A DNA stretch of 64,000 nt from an uncultured delta proteobacterium (GCA_963755125.1 CAVWIP010000001.1:256001-320000); one strand, 5' to 3'. Numbered from the stretch's first letter, positions 1-11,648 are shown. Translations and numbers: made by a program. Notes: generated by a model from the sequence alone, not told the origin.

Positions 1-641
1 GCCAGCGCGCTGACGAGGTCGGCATCGCGAACGGTCTGGCCTGGACCCAGGCGGGCGGCGAAGTGCTGCACGTCGAGGCGCAGATGATGCCGGGCAAGGG
101 CAACCTGATCCTGACCGGGCAGCTGGGCGAGGTGATGAAGGAATCGGCGCAGGCAGCCCTGTCGTTCGCGCGGGTGCAGGCTACGCGGCTGGGCCTGCGC
201 AGCGACTTCCTTTCCGACCGCGAGATCCACATTCACGTGCCCGCGGGTGGCGTGCCCAAGGATGGCCCGTCGGCCGGTGTCACCATGGCCTGTGTGCTGG
301 TGTCACTGGTGTCCGGGATTCCCGTGCGGCGGGACGTGGCCATGACCGGCGAGATCACCCTGCGCGGCCGGGTATTGCCGGTCGGGGGCCTGAAAGAAAA
401 GCTGCTGGCGGCGGTGCGCGCCGGCATGCGCATGGCCATCGTGCCTGCCACCAACATGGCGGAGCTGAGCGAGATTCCCAGTCACCTGCGCCAGCGAATC
501 AAGATTCATCTGGTGCACAACGTGGATGAAGCCCTGGTCGTCGCGTTGACCCGACCGTTGGCCCATGCCAAGCCCGCTGGCCACGGTGTCGCGCCTGCCG
601 CCAGAGTCGTGACGCCGCCCCGGCGCGGTGGCGCGGCGTAG
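1..641 (+). CDS. lon: ATP-dependent Lon protease, C-terminal protease domain (5' part lies outside the window)
   Basis: Frame is open from the window edge (…VGIANGLAWTQAGGE…). Contains LTGQLGEVMKES, HIHVPAGGVPKDGPSAG (catalytic Ser) and MTGEITLRGRVLPVGGLKEK (catalytic Lys). Confidence 0.97.
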   Translation, partial: QRADEVGIANGLAWTQAGGEVLHVEAQMMPGKGNLILTGQLGEVMKESAQAALSFARVQATRLGLRSDFLSDREIHIHVPAGGVPKDGPSAGVTMACVLVSLVSGIPVRRDVAMTGEITLRGRVLPVGGLKEKLLAAVRAGMRMAIVPATNMAELSEIPSHLRQRIKIHLVHNVDEALVVALTRPLAHAKPAGHGVAPAARVVTPPRRGGAA

Positions 642-703
642 GCTGCGAGCCCACTATCGAGCGCGGAGGTCGGGAGAGAGAGGCGGCTGTCAGGCAGCCG
701 CGG

Positions 704-2131
704 TCAATAGAGGACAGGGCCGAAATAGCCCGTGAATGCGACGTCGTCGATCCAGACTCCGAACCTGGCGTCGACCGGAATCTGAAACAGTACTTCGTAG
801 AGGGTCGACGGGTCGAAAGCCAGCCCTGGGCGGCCCCACCCATCCTGGCTGAGAGAACTGAAAGGCACGGTGTACTTGGTCCACGTGGTGGTAAGGGTTA
901 TGCGTGCGCCGTAGTGGTCGTAGCATTGTGTCGGGCCGGTGACGTTGGTCTGGCAAAGTCCACCGTCAGGGTCTGTGTCCTTGTCGGGAAACGCGACCCG
1001 CAGGACCGAAGTAGTACCAGCATCGATCTTGGCCCAGAAATCGATCCCAGTGTACGCGGACGCGTTGTAGGGGCTGCCGAGCCCGAACCAGAAATCCGCG
1101 CCCCAGTCCACGAAGGGCCCACCGTACACGTAGGCCGCGTACTGGCGACATGGATCGCCGGTCCAAGTCATGGTGAACGGTCCCGCTGGATCGGGAAACA
1201 TGCTCGATCCCGGGGTGCTGTCGTCACTGTCGCTCCAGGCCCCGGCACGTCCGTTGATTTGCGGGATGTAGCGACTGCCGTCATTCATGTTGTCGATTAG
1301 CTCTTCATGAAGGGGATCCAAACCAGGACACGATCCCCCGCTGCTGCCGATCGCCGAGCCACCGGTCCCACCCGACCCGCCGGATGGGGCGGTCCCGGTT
1401 CCGATGCAGACTGGGACAAGCACGCCTGGCGTGCAGTATGGGATGGTCCCGCCCGTGCCGCCAAAAGAAACGCCGTTGCCACCGCTGCTGCCGAGGATTG
1501 AGCTGCCGCCGTATGGGACGGTCCCGCCCGAGCCCGAGCTGCCACCGATGACGATGCTGCCGCCGTGCGGGACGGTGCCCCCGGTCGGTTCGCCACCCCC
1601 GCCGTCTGTGGTGCCGCCGAACGGGACAGTGCCGCCCGACCCGCCTCGACCGCTGCGGGCGCCGGCGATGGTGCTACTACCCAAAGGGATGGTGCCGCCC
1701 GACCCGCCGGATGGGGCGGTCCCGGTTCCGATGCAGACTGGGACAATCACGCCCGGGGTGCAGTACGGGATGGTCCCGCCCGTGCCGCCGAACGAAACGC
1801 CGTTGCCCCCGCTGCTGCCGAGGAACGAGCTGCCGCCGTACGGGACGGTCCCACGTGAGCCACCAATTGAAACAGTACCGCCTAGCGGGCCAGAACTGCC
1901 GCCGTCTGTGGTGCCGCCGAACGGCACGGTGCCCCCCCCGCCGACCGTTTCACCGGACCCGCCTGCCGGAACGTAACCCGCACTGCTACCGCCTGCTCCG
2001 CCACCCTGAGAAGTGGCGCCCCCGGTTGGATTGGCCGGCTGGAAATCGTCAAGCGGCGTTCGTGCCGCGCATCCCGTCGTCACGACCAGGAGTGAAAGAG
2101 TCAGCCATAGAGTTGAACGCTTTGCTTTCAT
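704..2131 (-). CDS. Secreted lipoprotein with a long Gly/Ser/Thr repeat linker and a C-terminal CBM11/galactose-binding-like domain
   Basis: Signal peptide with lipobox-like VTTGC. About 240 aa of Gly-rich repeats. C-terminal YNASAYTGIDFWAK…LTTTWTKYTVPFSSLSQ…VWIDDVAF resembles carbohydrate-binding jelly-roll domains. Confidence 0.75.
   Translation of the reverse strand: MKAKRSTLWLTLSLLVVTTGCAARTPLDDFQPANPTGGATSQGGGAGGSSAGYVPAGGSGETVGGGGTVPFGGTTDGGSSGPLGGTVSIGGSRGTVPYGGSSFLGSSGGNGVSFGGTGGTIPYCTPGVIVPVCIGTGTAPSGGSGGTIPLGSSTIAGARSGRGGSGGTVPFGGTTDGGGGEPTGGTVPHGGSIVIGGSSGSGGTVPYGGSSILGSSGGNGVSFGGTGGTIPYCTPGVLVPVCIGTGTAPSGGSGGTGGSAIGSSGGSCPGLDPLHEELIDNMNDGSRYIPQINGRAGAWSDSDDSTPGSSMFPDPAGPFTMTWTGDPCRQYAAYVYGGPFVDWGADFWFGLGSPYNASAYTGIDFWAKIDAGTTSVLRVAFPDKDTDPDGGLCQTNVTGPTQCYDHYGARITLTTTWTKYTVPFSSLSQDGWGRPGLAFDPSTLYEVLFQIPVDARFGVWIDDVAFTGYFGPVLY
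1371..1940. repeat. Intragenic direct duplication of about 300-327 nt in the Gly-rich linker
   Basis: 1371-1525 matches 1698-1852 closely (offset 327 nt, in frame). About 1601-1640 matches about 1901-1940. Confidence 0.9.
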
Positions 2132-2251
2132 GATCTCACCCCTGCATTTGCGCGTGTGTCGCGGCCACCTGGATCATAACGGATTTCGAGGCTGGAGCGG
2201 GAAAGACTCGCGACAAAGCCCCGGTTCCTTCAGAGTGAACTAGCCATCGGC

Positions 2252-2279
2252 AGTTGACTTAAAATATCTTATAACTACA
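2252..2279 (-). other. Second dif-like (Xer-type) 28-bp site with a divergent XerC arm
   Basis: Minus strand reads TGTAGTTATAA-GATATT-TTAAGTCAACT. The right arm matches 10/11 with the XerD arm of the 38579 site, and the ATAA-N6-TTA geometry is kept. Confidence 0.5.
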
Positions 2280-2360
2280 TGCAGATAGACGACATATCAA
2301 ATGTATCGCTTGAATTCCGTCGGTCGCCCCGACCAGTTCCGGCTCCGCGTTCTCCCCCTC

Positions 2361-3200
2361 TCACCTCTGCGTTTTCGGCGCCGGGTGGCTGTCGATCTGA
2401 ACGAACGCTTTCGCTTGGCGATCCAACAGATGGGACAAATTCACGTTGCCCAGCGCCGCCAGCATGTTCTGGCGCAGGTTGGGATGCTCGCATTCCAGAC
2501 GGGAGAGCAGCGCCTTCATCTGCTTGCGCTGGGCATCGGGCTGTGAGCCGCACAGGTTACACGGCAGGATGGGAAAGCGCCTGCTCTCGGCGAAGCTGGC
2601 CAATGTCTCTTCTGCGCAGTAAATGAGCGGCCGGATCACCACGGACGCGCCATCATCGCTGACCAGGCGCGCGGGGATGGCTGCCAGCTTGCCTGCGAAG
2701 AAGACGTTGAGCAGCAGTGTCTCCACCGCGTCGTCCCGGTGGTGCCCGAGCGCGATCTTTGTGCACTGGAGCTGGCTGGCCAGACGGTAGAGGATCCCGC
2801 GGCGCAGGCGCGCGCACATTGAGCAGTAGGTTCGGCCTTCGGGGATCTTGTCGACCACGATCGAGTAGGTGTCTTCGCGCACGATGCGGTGGTCGAAGCC
2901 ATTGCTACGCAGCCAGTCGGCAAGCGGCGCGGGGTCGTGCCCCGGCTGGCCCTGGTCGAGGTGCAGGGCCAGCAGATCGAAGTGCACCGGTGCACGCCGG
3001 CGCAGGGCTTCCAGCAGAACCAGCAGGGAATAGCTGTCTTTTCCTCCAGAAACCGCCACCAGGATCCGGTCTCCCTCTGAGATGAGGTCGAAGTCAGCCA
3101 CGGCGCGTCCCACATCACGAATGAGGTCGCGCTCGATAACCTGCGCGGAGCGGCCCCCAGGCTGCGTGGGGCTTCCAGGTTGCGCGGGGCGGCTCATCAT
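2361..3200 (-). CDS. ttcA: tRNA 2-thiocytidine(32) synthetase
   Basis: PP-loop SGGKDS, CSMC…RLRRGILY, IALGHHRDD, VIRPL and second CxxC (CNLC). Confidence 0.95.
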   Translation of the reverse strand: MMSRPAQPGSPTQPGGRSAQVIERDLIRDVGRAVADFDLISEGDRILVAVSGGKDSYSLLVLLEALRRRAPVHFDLLALHLDQGQPGHDPAPLADWLRSNGFDHRIVREDTYSIVVDKIPEGRTYCSMCARLRRGILYRLASQLQCTKIALGHHRDDAVETLLLNVFFAGKLAAIPARLVSDDGASVVIRPLIYCAEETLASFAESRRFPILPCNLCGSQPDAQRKQMKALLSRLECEHPNLRQNMLAALGNVNLSHLLDRQAKAFVQIDSHPAPKTQR

Positions 3201-3447
3201 GTGGACGTGCTACTGTAGAGAATAGAGCGCCGCGGATCCAGGCGCGTGGTGAAGCCCGGGGCCAGGGCAGGTGCTTGCCCGCAAGTGCTGCTCCGCGAAC
3301 GAGGCAAGTGTGCGTTCGCGGGCGGACCAACCGGCAAGGCCCCCCCGTGCGCATTCCTTGCGGGAATCCCGTGGCGCGCGCACGAGCCTCGATGGTTGGA
3401 CCATGAGAAAAAGTGGCTACACTAAAGGTGTAGGCGGGTTTCGCGCC

Positions 3448-4626
3448 ATGGCCATCTTCGATTCATCCCAGCGACGGAAGGGCTCCTCGCTCGGCCGATG
3501 GGCCGCGCTGGCCGTGCTCATCCACCTGCAGCTCCTGCTGGTCGCCGGGGTGGTGCTACGCATCTGGGCCCCGCGCGATGCCGACATCTTGGCGGCGCGC
3601 CAACGTGCCGCAGCCGCCGGCTCGGCCGAACCCATCTCGGTGAGCACGGTCGACGATGATACGGCGAGGAGGCTCATCGCGGACATGGAGCGGCTGGAGG
3701 AAAAGGCGAAACAGGAGCAGTTGAAGAAGGAGGAAGAGTCGCCCAAGGCGCCCGGGCAGGTGGTGGACCTGGCCCGGCCGCGCGAAGAAAAGCGGCCCGA
3801 CAACGCACGCTTCGCCGCGGAGTACGACTCCTCGGTCGAGCACGAAACGCGCAAGTACGGGAAGTTCGATCCCAACGAGTTGCAGAGGTCACGCGGCGAC
3901 AGCGATCGCAACCGCGCGGCGGTGCCTGAGCAGGCGAGCGCGCCGGGATCGGCGGGGGCTTTGGCCATGCGCATGCCTGTGCACAGGAGGGCACTGTCCA
4001 CACCGGGCGATCCCGACAAGGATCCTGGCGAGTCGGGTGAACGGTACCCGGGGCCGTCGGATCCCGAGGGACTGTTTGCCCCGCCCGGCGGTGGTGGGCC
4101 GCGCCGACTCCAGCCGCTGGCGAGCGAGGGTGGGCCTCTGCTGGAGCCTGGCCAGGGCGCGGCTTCGCTCATTCCCTCGGAACAAGAGGTCGCGCGCGCC
4201 GTGGGCAGCGGGACCCAGGATTACCTGCGCGACGTGGACGAGGGCGAGGAAACTGCGCTCAATGCCAAGCGTTGGAAGTTCGCCACCTTCTTCAACCGGG
4301 TCAAGGAACAGGTGCAGAACCACTGGAAGGCGGGCCAGGAGTACCAGCGCCGCGATCCCACCGGCGCCATCTACGGGGCGCAGGATCGTTTCACCCTGGT
4401 CCACATCCAGCTTCATCCCGATGGCTCGCTGGCCAAGGCATCGGTCCGCCAGACCTCCGGGGTGGACTTCCTCGACGACACGGCCATCGAGGCGTTCAAG
4501 CAGGCTCAGCCGTTTCCCAATCCGCCACACCAGTTGGTGCGGGGAGGGCTCATCGACTTCGATTTCGGCTTCTATGTCGAGGTCTCCGGGGCGCCGCGCG
4601 TAAGATTCCTGCGCTACAACATGTAG
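3448..4626 (+). CDS. TonB-family energy transducer-like protein (N-terminal TM, Pro-rich linker, TonB_C domain)
   Basis: TM segment with a His (AVLIHLQ). C-terminal QTSGVDFLDDTAIEAFKQAQPFPNPP is typical of TonB_C/TolA-like domains. Start moved to the ATG at 3448. Confidence 0.8.
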   Translation: MAIFDSSQRRKGSSLGRWAALAVLIHLQLLLVAGVVLRIWAPRDADILAARQRAAAAGSAEPISVSTVDDDTARRLIADMERLEEKAKQEQLKKEEESPKAPGQVVDLARPREEKRPDNARFAAEYDSSVEHETRKYGKFDPNELQRSRGDSDRNRAAVPEQASAPGSAGALAMRMPVHRRALSTPGDPDKDPGESGERYPGPSDPEGLFAPPGGGGPRRLQPLASEGGPLLEPGQGAASLIPSEQEVARAVGSGTQDYLRDVDEGEETALNAKRWKFATFFNRVKEQVQNHWKAGQEYQRRDPTGAIYGAQDRFTLVHIQLHPDGSLAKASVRQTSGVDFLDDTAIEAFKQAQPFPNPPHQLVRGGLIDFDFGFYVEVSGAPRVRFLRYNM

Positions 4627-4662
4627 CCGGCAGCGCACTGCCGGCCCGCGGTCGGCGCGAAA

Positions 4663-5388
4663 TCAGCGAGGCTTCAGCGTGAGCCCGATGCAGAGGTTGA
4701 TGGTGACTACCGGCACGACCAGCGGGAAAAAGGACCGATGCTCGACGGTGAAGTGCGGGGCAAGAACCTCCAGAATTTCTCCTGGTCGGTTCATGTGTTC
4801 GCGTTCGATGAACCACTGGTAGGGCTGGCGGTATCGCCGCTCGAAAATACGCTGCGCCGAGATGCGCCGGGAGAATCCGTAGGCCAGACCGCCCTCGCAG
4901 GGGATCACGATATGGAAGCGTCCGCGCGCCTTGTGGCAGAGCCGGTGCATCTCGCTGACCGCCGCCGGTAGATTCGGCAGGTGCTCCAGCACGTGGACCG
5001 CGATGATCCGGTCGAAGGCATCGTCGTCGAATTCGAGCCGCTGCTGGCAGTCGCCCACCCGGGCCTCGACGCCGGGGAAGCGCCGCACGATCTCAGCCGC
5101 CATATTGGGCCGGAGTTCCAGCGCGACATAACCCTCGCGCTGCGCCGGCGTCAGCCGTTCGTACTCCAGGTGCTCGCCCAGCCCCGCGCCGATTTCCAGC
5201 GTCCGCCGGAAGTCGGCCAGCGCGTGGTCCACCGGGTAGCGATGACTGAAGCGATCGATCACCGCGTACTTCTTGGGTAGGACCTCGTGCCAGTAGTGCA
5301 TGAAGTCGTCGCGGATCTGCTCTTGCTCAGGCGTAAGCGGCGGAAAGGTCTTGGGCCACTTTTCCGTCGCGGAGTCGCTTGCGGGCAT
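4663..5388 (-). CDS. Class I SAM-dependent methyltransferase
   Basis: Motif I LEIGAGLG, plus FDRIIAVHVLEHLP. Confidence 0.85.
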   Translation of the reverse strand: MPASDSATEKWPKTFPPLTPEQEQIRDDFMHYWHEVLPKKYAVIDRFSHRYPVDHALADFRRTLEIGAGLGEHLEYERLTPAQREGYVALELRPNMAAEIVRRFPGVEARVGDCQQRLEFDDDAFDRIIAVHVLEHLPNLPAAVSEMHRLCHKARGRFHIVIPCEGGLAYGFSRRISAQRIFERRYRQPYQWFIEREHMNRPGEILEVLAPHFTVEHRSFFPLVVPVVTINLCIGLTLKPR

Positions 5389-5588
5389 CAAGGCTCGACT
5401 CTCGGTCGGTCGGGACGGCTGTGACCGTCCAGGTTGCGGGTTCGCTGTTGCATGCCACGGCAGTCTACCCCATCACGCCATGGTTGACGTCCTATCAGTT
5501 CTTCTGAGGACCGGAAGCGGAGGAGCAACGCAGCCAGCGGCCCGGATCGTCGGCCGTCGTCATCTCGGTGGGCCGAGGCATCGCTTTG

Positions 5589-6905
5589 CTAGCTTCGATA
5601 ATCCGCGTTCTCGCTGACGTACTCGTGGCTGAGATCGGCGCCGAGCACGGTTGCGGCTGCAGTGCCCGCGCCTAGATCGATCTCCACCTCTACGCAGCGC
5701 TCGTGCGGGGGGTAGTCGATGGGCGGGCGGAAAACGCCGTCGACAGGCGCGACGCTGGCGTAGAGTTCGGCCTGCTTGAGGTGCGCGACCAAAGCCGCTT
5801 CGAGTTTGGCGTCCAGATGGAAGCTGCCGGCTTCGAAGATCGGGATTCCGCCCATGCGGATGCGCAGGTTGCACAGATCCAGGTCAGGCGCGGCCGGGCC
5901 GACGTACTTGCCGATGGCGCACGCTAGGCGGCCCACGTTGGCGTCGTTGCCGCACACCGCGCACTTGAAAAGAGGCGAGTTGACCACTGACTTGCCCACA
6001 CCTCGGGCCATGGCCTCGCTGGGCGCGCCAACAACCCGCACGCGCAGCACGTGGTGCACGCCTTCGCCATTGCGGGGCATGTCTTCCGCCAGATCCTGGC
6101 ACATTTGCGCCAGCGCGTGCTCGAACGCAGCCGGGTCAGGGCAGGGCACGGCGCCCGACGAGAGCAGCAGCACGGTGTCCGATGTGCTGGTGTCCGAGTC
6201 GATGCTCGTGCAGTTGAAGCTGTTGTCCACGGCTGGAACCAGCATGCGGCGCAGTTCGGCCCGCGGGACCGCGACATCGGTGAGCAGAAAGACCAGCATA
6301 GTGGCCATGTTGGGTTCGATCATGCCGGCGCCTTTGCCAAAGCCCACGAGGCTGCCCCCGCCGACCGACGCGCGGCGGACCTTAGGATACAGATCCGTGG
6401 TCATGATGGCGGTCGCGGCGTCGAGCACGGATCGCTGTCCCAGCGATGCCGCCGCATCGGGAAGCGCAGCCAGCATGGCGTCGATCGGCATGCGCCAGCC
6501 GATGACACCGGTCGAGTTGGGCAGCACCTGGCGGCCCTGCAAGCCGAGCGCGCTGGCCACGGCCTCGCACCACCGCTCGGCAACGGCAACACCGTTGGGT
6601 GCGCACGCGAGCGAAACCTTGTTGTTTACCACCAGCGCCCCGACCGTCGCCTCGTCGAGCCGCCGCCGTCCGATGATCACCGGCGCACCGGGAAACGCAT
6701 TGCGGGTGAAAAGCGCAGCGAAATCGGGCGTAGGCCGATCCAGCGCGATCAGGGTCACGTCCATCTTGGCCGGCTTCGGCGTCTCGGCGGGAATGAACGA
6801 CAACGACGTGGTGCCTACACGGAAACCCGCCGGCAAAATGGCCTGGGTGGCCAGCCAGGCCCGGTGGGCATCGCGCGACGAGAAGGTCAGGTTGGTACTG
6901 GACAT
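5589..6905 (-). CDS. argJ: Ornithine acetyltransferase / N-acetylglutamate synthase (Ntn hydrolase)
   Basis: STGVIG, IMTTD, KGAGMIEPNMA-TML (autocleavage Thr), DSDTSTSDT, and C-terminal YVSENADYRS. Confidence 0.95.
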   Translation of the reverse strand: MSSTNLTFSSRDAHRAWLATQAILPAGFRVGTTSLSFIPAETPKPAKMDVTLIALDRPTPDFAALFTRNAFPGAPVIIGRRRLDEATVGALVVNNKVSLACAPNGVAVAERWCEAVASALGLQGRQVLPNSTGVIGWRMPIDAMLAALPDAAASLGQRSVLDAATAIMTTDLYPKVRRASVGGGSLVGFGKGAGMIEPNMATMLVFLLTDVAVPRAELRRMLVPAVDNSFNCTSIDSDTSTSDTVLLLSSGAVPCPDPAAFEHALAQMCQDLAEDMPRNGEGVHHVLRVRVVGAPSEAMARGVGKSVVNSPLFKCAVCGNDANVGRLACAIGKYVGPAAPDLDLCNLRIRMGGIPIFEAGSFHLDAKLEAALVAHLKQAELYASVAPVDGVFRPPIDYPPHERCVEVEIDLGAGTAAATVLGADLSHEYVSENADYRS

Positions 6906-6926
6906 GGCTATTTCAGATGGGAACCC

Positions 6927-9917
6927 TCAAAGGGTTCGCTCCGCCCTTCGGCCCCCACCCGCCACCACCTCCCCGCTCGCTTCGCTCGGCCTCGCCAAAC
7001 CCTCCCGCGATGGTGCGCGGCCGGCAAAGCCGGCCGGCTCCCCACGCGAGTCGTAGGTTTCCACTGGTGGGCAGGAGCAGACGAATTGTCGGTCGCCCAG
7101 CACGTTGTTCAGTCGTCCCACCGACGGCCAGAACTTGCGGCCGCGCAGCCAGGGCAAGGGATAGGCGGCACGCTCGCGCGCGTAGGGATGGGTCCACTCA
7201 CCGGCCAGCAGCGACTCGGCCGTGTGGGGCGAGTTCTTGAGCAGGTTGTCCTCGCGCGACTGCGCGCCTGACTCGATCTCGCGGATCTCCTGCCGGATGG
7301 CGATCATGGCCTCGCAGAAGCGGTCCAATTCCGTGCGCGACTCGCTCTCGGTGGGCTCGATCATCAGGGTTCCCGCGATGGGGAAAGACATGGTCGGGGC
7401 ATGAAAGCCGTAGTCCATCAGGCGCTTGGCCACGTCCTCGGCCTCGATGCCGGCACTCTTCTTCAGCGGCCGCAGATCCACGATGCACTCGTGCGCCACG
7501 CGGCCGTTCTCTCCGCGGAACACCACGGGGTAGTGCGGCTGCAGGCGCTCGGCCACGTAGTTGGCGTTCAGGATGGCGAACTCGGTGGCGCGCTTGAGCC
7601 CGGCTGCGCCCATCAGGCGCGCGTAGGCCCACGCGATGAGCAGAATGTTGGCGCTGCCCCAGGGCGCGGCAGCCACGGCGCCGATGGCGTCGCGCCCACC
7701 CACCGGCACCACGGGATGGCCGGGCAGGAACTCGACCAGATGGCTGGCCACCGCGATGGGCCCCATACCCGGTCCGCCGCCGCCGTGAGGGCTGGCAAAG
7801 GTTTTGTGCAGATTGATGTGGCAGACATCGGCGCCAATCTCGGCCGGCCGACACAGCCCGACCTGGCCGTTCATGTTGGCGCCGTCCATGTACACTTGGC
7901 CGCCGTGCTCGTGGACGATCGCGCACAGGCGCTGGACGTTCTTCTCGAACACGCCATGGGTCGAGGGATAGGTGAGCATGAGCGCGGCGAGACGGTCGCT
8001 GTGCTCGGCAGCCTTGGCCGCGAGGTCCGCTTCGTCGACGTTGCCGCCGGCGTCGCAGGCGATCCCCACCACCTTGAACCCGGCCATGACTGCGGAGGCC
8101 GGGTTGGTGCCATGAGCGGACGCGGGAATCAAGCACACGTCGCGATGGCCCTGGCCGCGGCGGGTGTGATAGCGGCGAATGACCAGCAGGCCCGCGTACT
8201 CGCCCTGCGAGCCAGCATTGGGCTGCAGCGACACACCCCGAAAACCGGTGACCGCCGCCAGAACATGCTCCAGCTCGCGGAACACGGTGTGATAGCCCTC
8301 GGCCTGGTGGGCCGGCGCAAAGGGGTGCAGCCGGCCCCACTTGGGCCAGCTTATCGGCACCATCTCGGCCGTGCCGTTCAACTTCATGGTGCACGAGCCG
8401 AGCGGGATCATGGAGTGAGTCAGTGACAGGTCGCGCGCCTCCAGTCGCCGGATGTAGCGCAACATCTCGGTCTCGGAGTGGTACTGCGCAAAGACCGGGT
8501 GCTGCAGGTACGCGCTCTTGCGCAGGAGCGCGTCGGGAATGGGCGGCTCGACCTCCTTGGCCAGCGCCACGACGTCGGGAAGCCTGTGACCCGAGGGCGC
8601 CAGCACCGCCAGGATGTCGGCCACGTCGCTCTCGCTGGTGGTCTCGTCGAGCGAAATCGTGATGGCCGCTGGCCCCAGCGGCCGGAAGTTCATCCCCGCA
8701 GCCTCGGCGTGATCGTGCCAGGTCTTCACGTCAGCGGCCAGACCCTCCACCCGAACCGTGTCGAAGAACGGTCCCCGCCACACACGCAGACCGAGGCGCG
8801 CCAGACCCTCGGCCAGCACCGCGGTCAGGCACGCGACCCGCTCGGCGATGGCGCGAATTCCGGCCGGCCCGTGGTACACAGCGTACATGCTGGCCATCAC
8901 GGCGAGCAGGACCTGCGACGTGCAGATGTTGCTGGTGGCCTTCTCGCGCCGGATGTGTTGCTCGCGGGTCTGTAGGGCCATGCGCAGGGCGGTGCGGCCG
9001 TGAGTGTCGACCGACACGCCGATGAGCCGTCCGGGCATCCGGCGCACCAGTTCCTTGCGGGTCGCGAAGAACGCGGCGTGCGGGCCACCGTAGCCCAGCG
9101 GCGTGCCGAAGCGCTGCGTGCTTCCCAGGGCCACGTCCGCGCCGAATTCTCCCGGCGGCAGTAGCAGTGCCAGGCTGAGCAGGTCCGCGGCCACCGCCAC
9201 GCGCGCACCGGCCGCGTGCGCGCGCTCGCAGAAGGCGCGGTAGTCGACCACGCTGCCGTCGGTGGTGGGGTATTGCACCAGTGCCCCGAACACGCGGTTG
9301 TCGAAGGCGAAGCGCTCGTGGTTGCCCACCACCACCTCGATGCCGCGCGCCTCGGCGCGGGTCGCGACAACCGCCAGGGTCTGCGGGTGGCACAGCTCCG
9401 AGACGAAAAAAACATTGGCGTCGTCGCGCTCGGCCAGACCGGCAAACATGTGCATGGCCTCGGCCGCGGCTGTGCCTTCGTCCAGCAGGGACGCGCCCGC
9501 GACCTCCATGCCGGTCAGGTCCATTATCATGGTCTGGAAATTGAGCAGCGCCTCCAGCCGGCCCTGCGAGATCTCCGCCTGGTAAGGGGTGTACGCCGTG
9601 TACCAGCCGGGGTTTTCCAGGATGTTGCGCTTGATGACCGGCGGGACGATGCAGTCGTGGTAGCCCACGCCGATGAACGAACGAAACACTCGGTTGCGAC
9701 TGGCCAGCCGGCGGGCCTCGGTCAGAAGCTGGTTCTCGGAAAGCGGAGGCGGCAGGTCGAGCGGCGTGGACGAACGGATGGCGGCCGGGATGGTCTGGCT
9801 GACCAGCTCGTCGAGCGAGCGGGCGCCCACCACCTTGAGCATGGCGTGAAGGTCGGCGTCGTCGGGGCCGATGTGCCGTCGGGAGAAGGAATCCGTCCGA
9901 TCGATCGAGGAGGTCAT
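6927..9917 (-). CDS. gcvP: Glycine dehydrogenase (decarboxylating), P protein, single chain
   Basis: [39 protein letters not shown] and PLP-Lys motif HINLHKTF…HGGGGPG. Confidence 0.98.
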   Translation of the reverse strand: MTSSIDRTDSFSRRHIGPDDADLHAMLKVVGARSLDELVSQTIPAAIRSSTPLDLPPPLSENQLLTEARRLASRNRVFRSFIGVGYHDCIVPPVIKRNILENPGWYTAYTPYQAEISQGRLEALLNFQTMIMDLTGMEVAGASLLDEGTAAAEAMHMFAGLAERDDANVFFVSELCHPQTLAVVATRAEARGIEVVVGNHERFAFDNRVFGALVQYPTTDGSVVDYRAFCERAHAAGARVAVAADLLSLALLLPPGEFGADVALGSTQRFGTPLGYGGPHAAFFATRKELVRRMPGRLIGVSVDTHGRTALRMALQTREQHIRREKATSNICTSQVLLAVMASMYAVYHGPAGIRAIAERVACLTAVLAEGLARLGLRVWRGPFFDTVRVEGLAADVKTWHDHAEAAGMNFRPLGPAAITISLDETTSESDVADILAVLAPSGHRLPDVVALAKEVEPPIPDALLRKSAYLQHPVFAQYHSETEMLRYIRRLEARDLSLTHSMIPLGSCTMKLNGTAEMVPISWPKWGRLHPFAPAHQAEGYHTVFRELEHVLAAVTGFRGVSLQPNAGSQGEYAGLLVIRRYHTRRGQGHRDVCLIPASAHGTNPASAVMAGFKVVGIACDAGGNVDEADLAAKAAEHSDRLAALMLTYPSTHGVFEKNVQRLCAIVHEHGGQVYMDGANMNGQVGLCRPAEIGADVCHINLHKTFASPHGGGGPGMGPIAVASHLVEFLPGHPVVPVGGRDAIGAVAAAPWGSANILLIAWAYARLMGAAGLKRATEFAILNANYVAERLQPHYPVVFRGENGRVAHECIVDLRPLKKSAGIEAEDVAKRLMDYGFHAPTMSFPIAGTLMIEPTESESRTELDRFCEAMIAIRQEIREIESGAQSREDNLLKNSPHTAESLLAGEWTHPYARERAAYPLPWLRGRKFWPSVGRLNNVLGDRQFVCSCPPVETYDSRGEPAGFAGRAPSREGLARPSEASGEVVAGGGRRAERTL

Positions 9918-9926
9918 TGGACGGGG

Positions 9927-10322
9927 CTAGCCTTCGTGTTCCTTGAGGAACTCCTCGTAGGCTGCGCTGTTCATCAGTCCCTTCAACTCGTCGGGGTTGG
10001 ACATCTCGATCTGGGCCATCCAGCCGCCGTCGTAGGGTTCTTCGTTGACGTATTCGGGGGAATCCTGCAGCGGGGAGTTGACCTTCACCACCTTGCCGGA
10101 TATCGGGGCGTAGACGTCGGAAACTGCCTTGACCGATTCCACGGACCCGCACACCTCGTGCGCCTTCAGCACTTCCCCCTCGCGCGGCAGATCCACCTGT
10201 GTCACATCGCCGAGTTGATCCACGGCGAACTGGGTGATGCCCACGGTGACCAGATTGCCTTCCTGGCGCGCCCACTCGTGGTCCTCGGTGTAGAGCAGGT
10301 CGTTGGGAACGTTTTCGCTCAT
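9927..10322 (-). CDS. gcvH: Glycine cleavage system H protein
   Basis: YTEDHEW, VESVKAVSDVYAP (lipoyl-Lys) and NEEPYDGGW. Confidence 0.98.
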   Translation of the reverse strand: MSENVPNDLLYTEDHEWARQEGNLVTVGITQFAVDQLGDVTQVDLPREGEVLKAHEVCGSVESVKAVSDVYAPISGKVVKVNSPLQDSPEYVNEEPYDGGWMAQIEMSNPDELKGLMNSAAYEEFLKEHEG

Positions 10323-10361
10323 GTCGGTCGGTCTCCTTGGCTGGCGGGATTGTACTTCAGG

Positions 10362-11471
<1,110 letters not shown>

Positions 11472-11516
11472 CGCGGCGGGATCTTGGCGGAAAGCCTTCG
11501 CGGGGACAAGAGGATC

Positions 11517-11648
11517 CTGGGATTCGGAGTAGGGGGCAGGCGCGGGTGCGCCCGCCCGTGGGGCGACCTGCGGTCGCCCCGCACAAGCGGTGATACTACG
11601 TGACGCCGGCCAAAGATTGCACTTCCGGCCCCGTGCTCCGAATCCCAG
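11517..11648. repeat. REP/MITE-like structured intergenic element bounded by a 13-bp perfect inverted repeat
   Basis: CTGGGATTCGGAG (11517-11529) pairs with CTCCGAATCCCAG (11636-11648). Internal hairpins include GGGGCGACC-TGC-GGTCGCCCC, and a GTAGGGGG start precedes another GC stem. Confidence 0.6.

Noticed and set aside
1371..1940. Possible CRISPR-like or other non-coding repeat array
   Set aside because: The repeats are in-frame coding duplications with synonymous differences. There are no constant repeat/unique spacer units and no cas genes.
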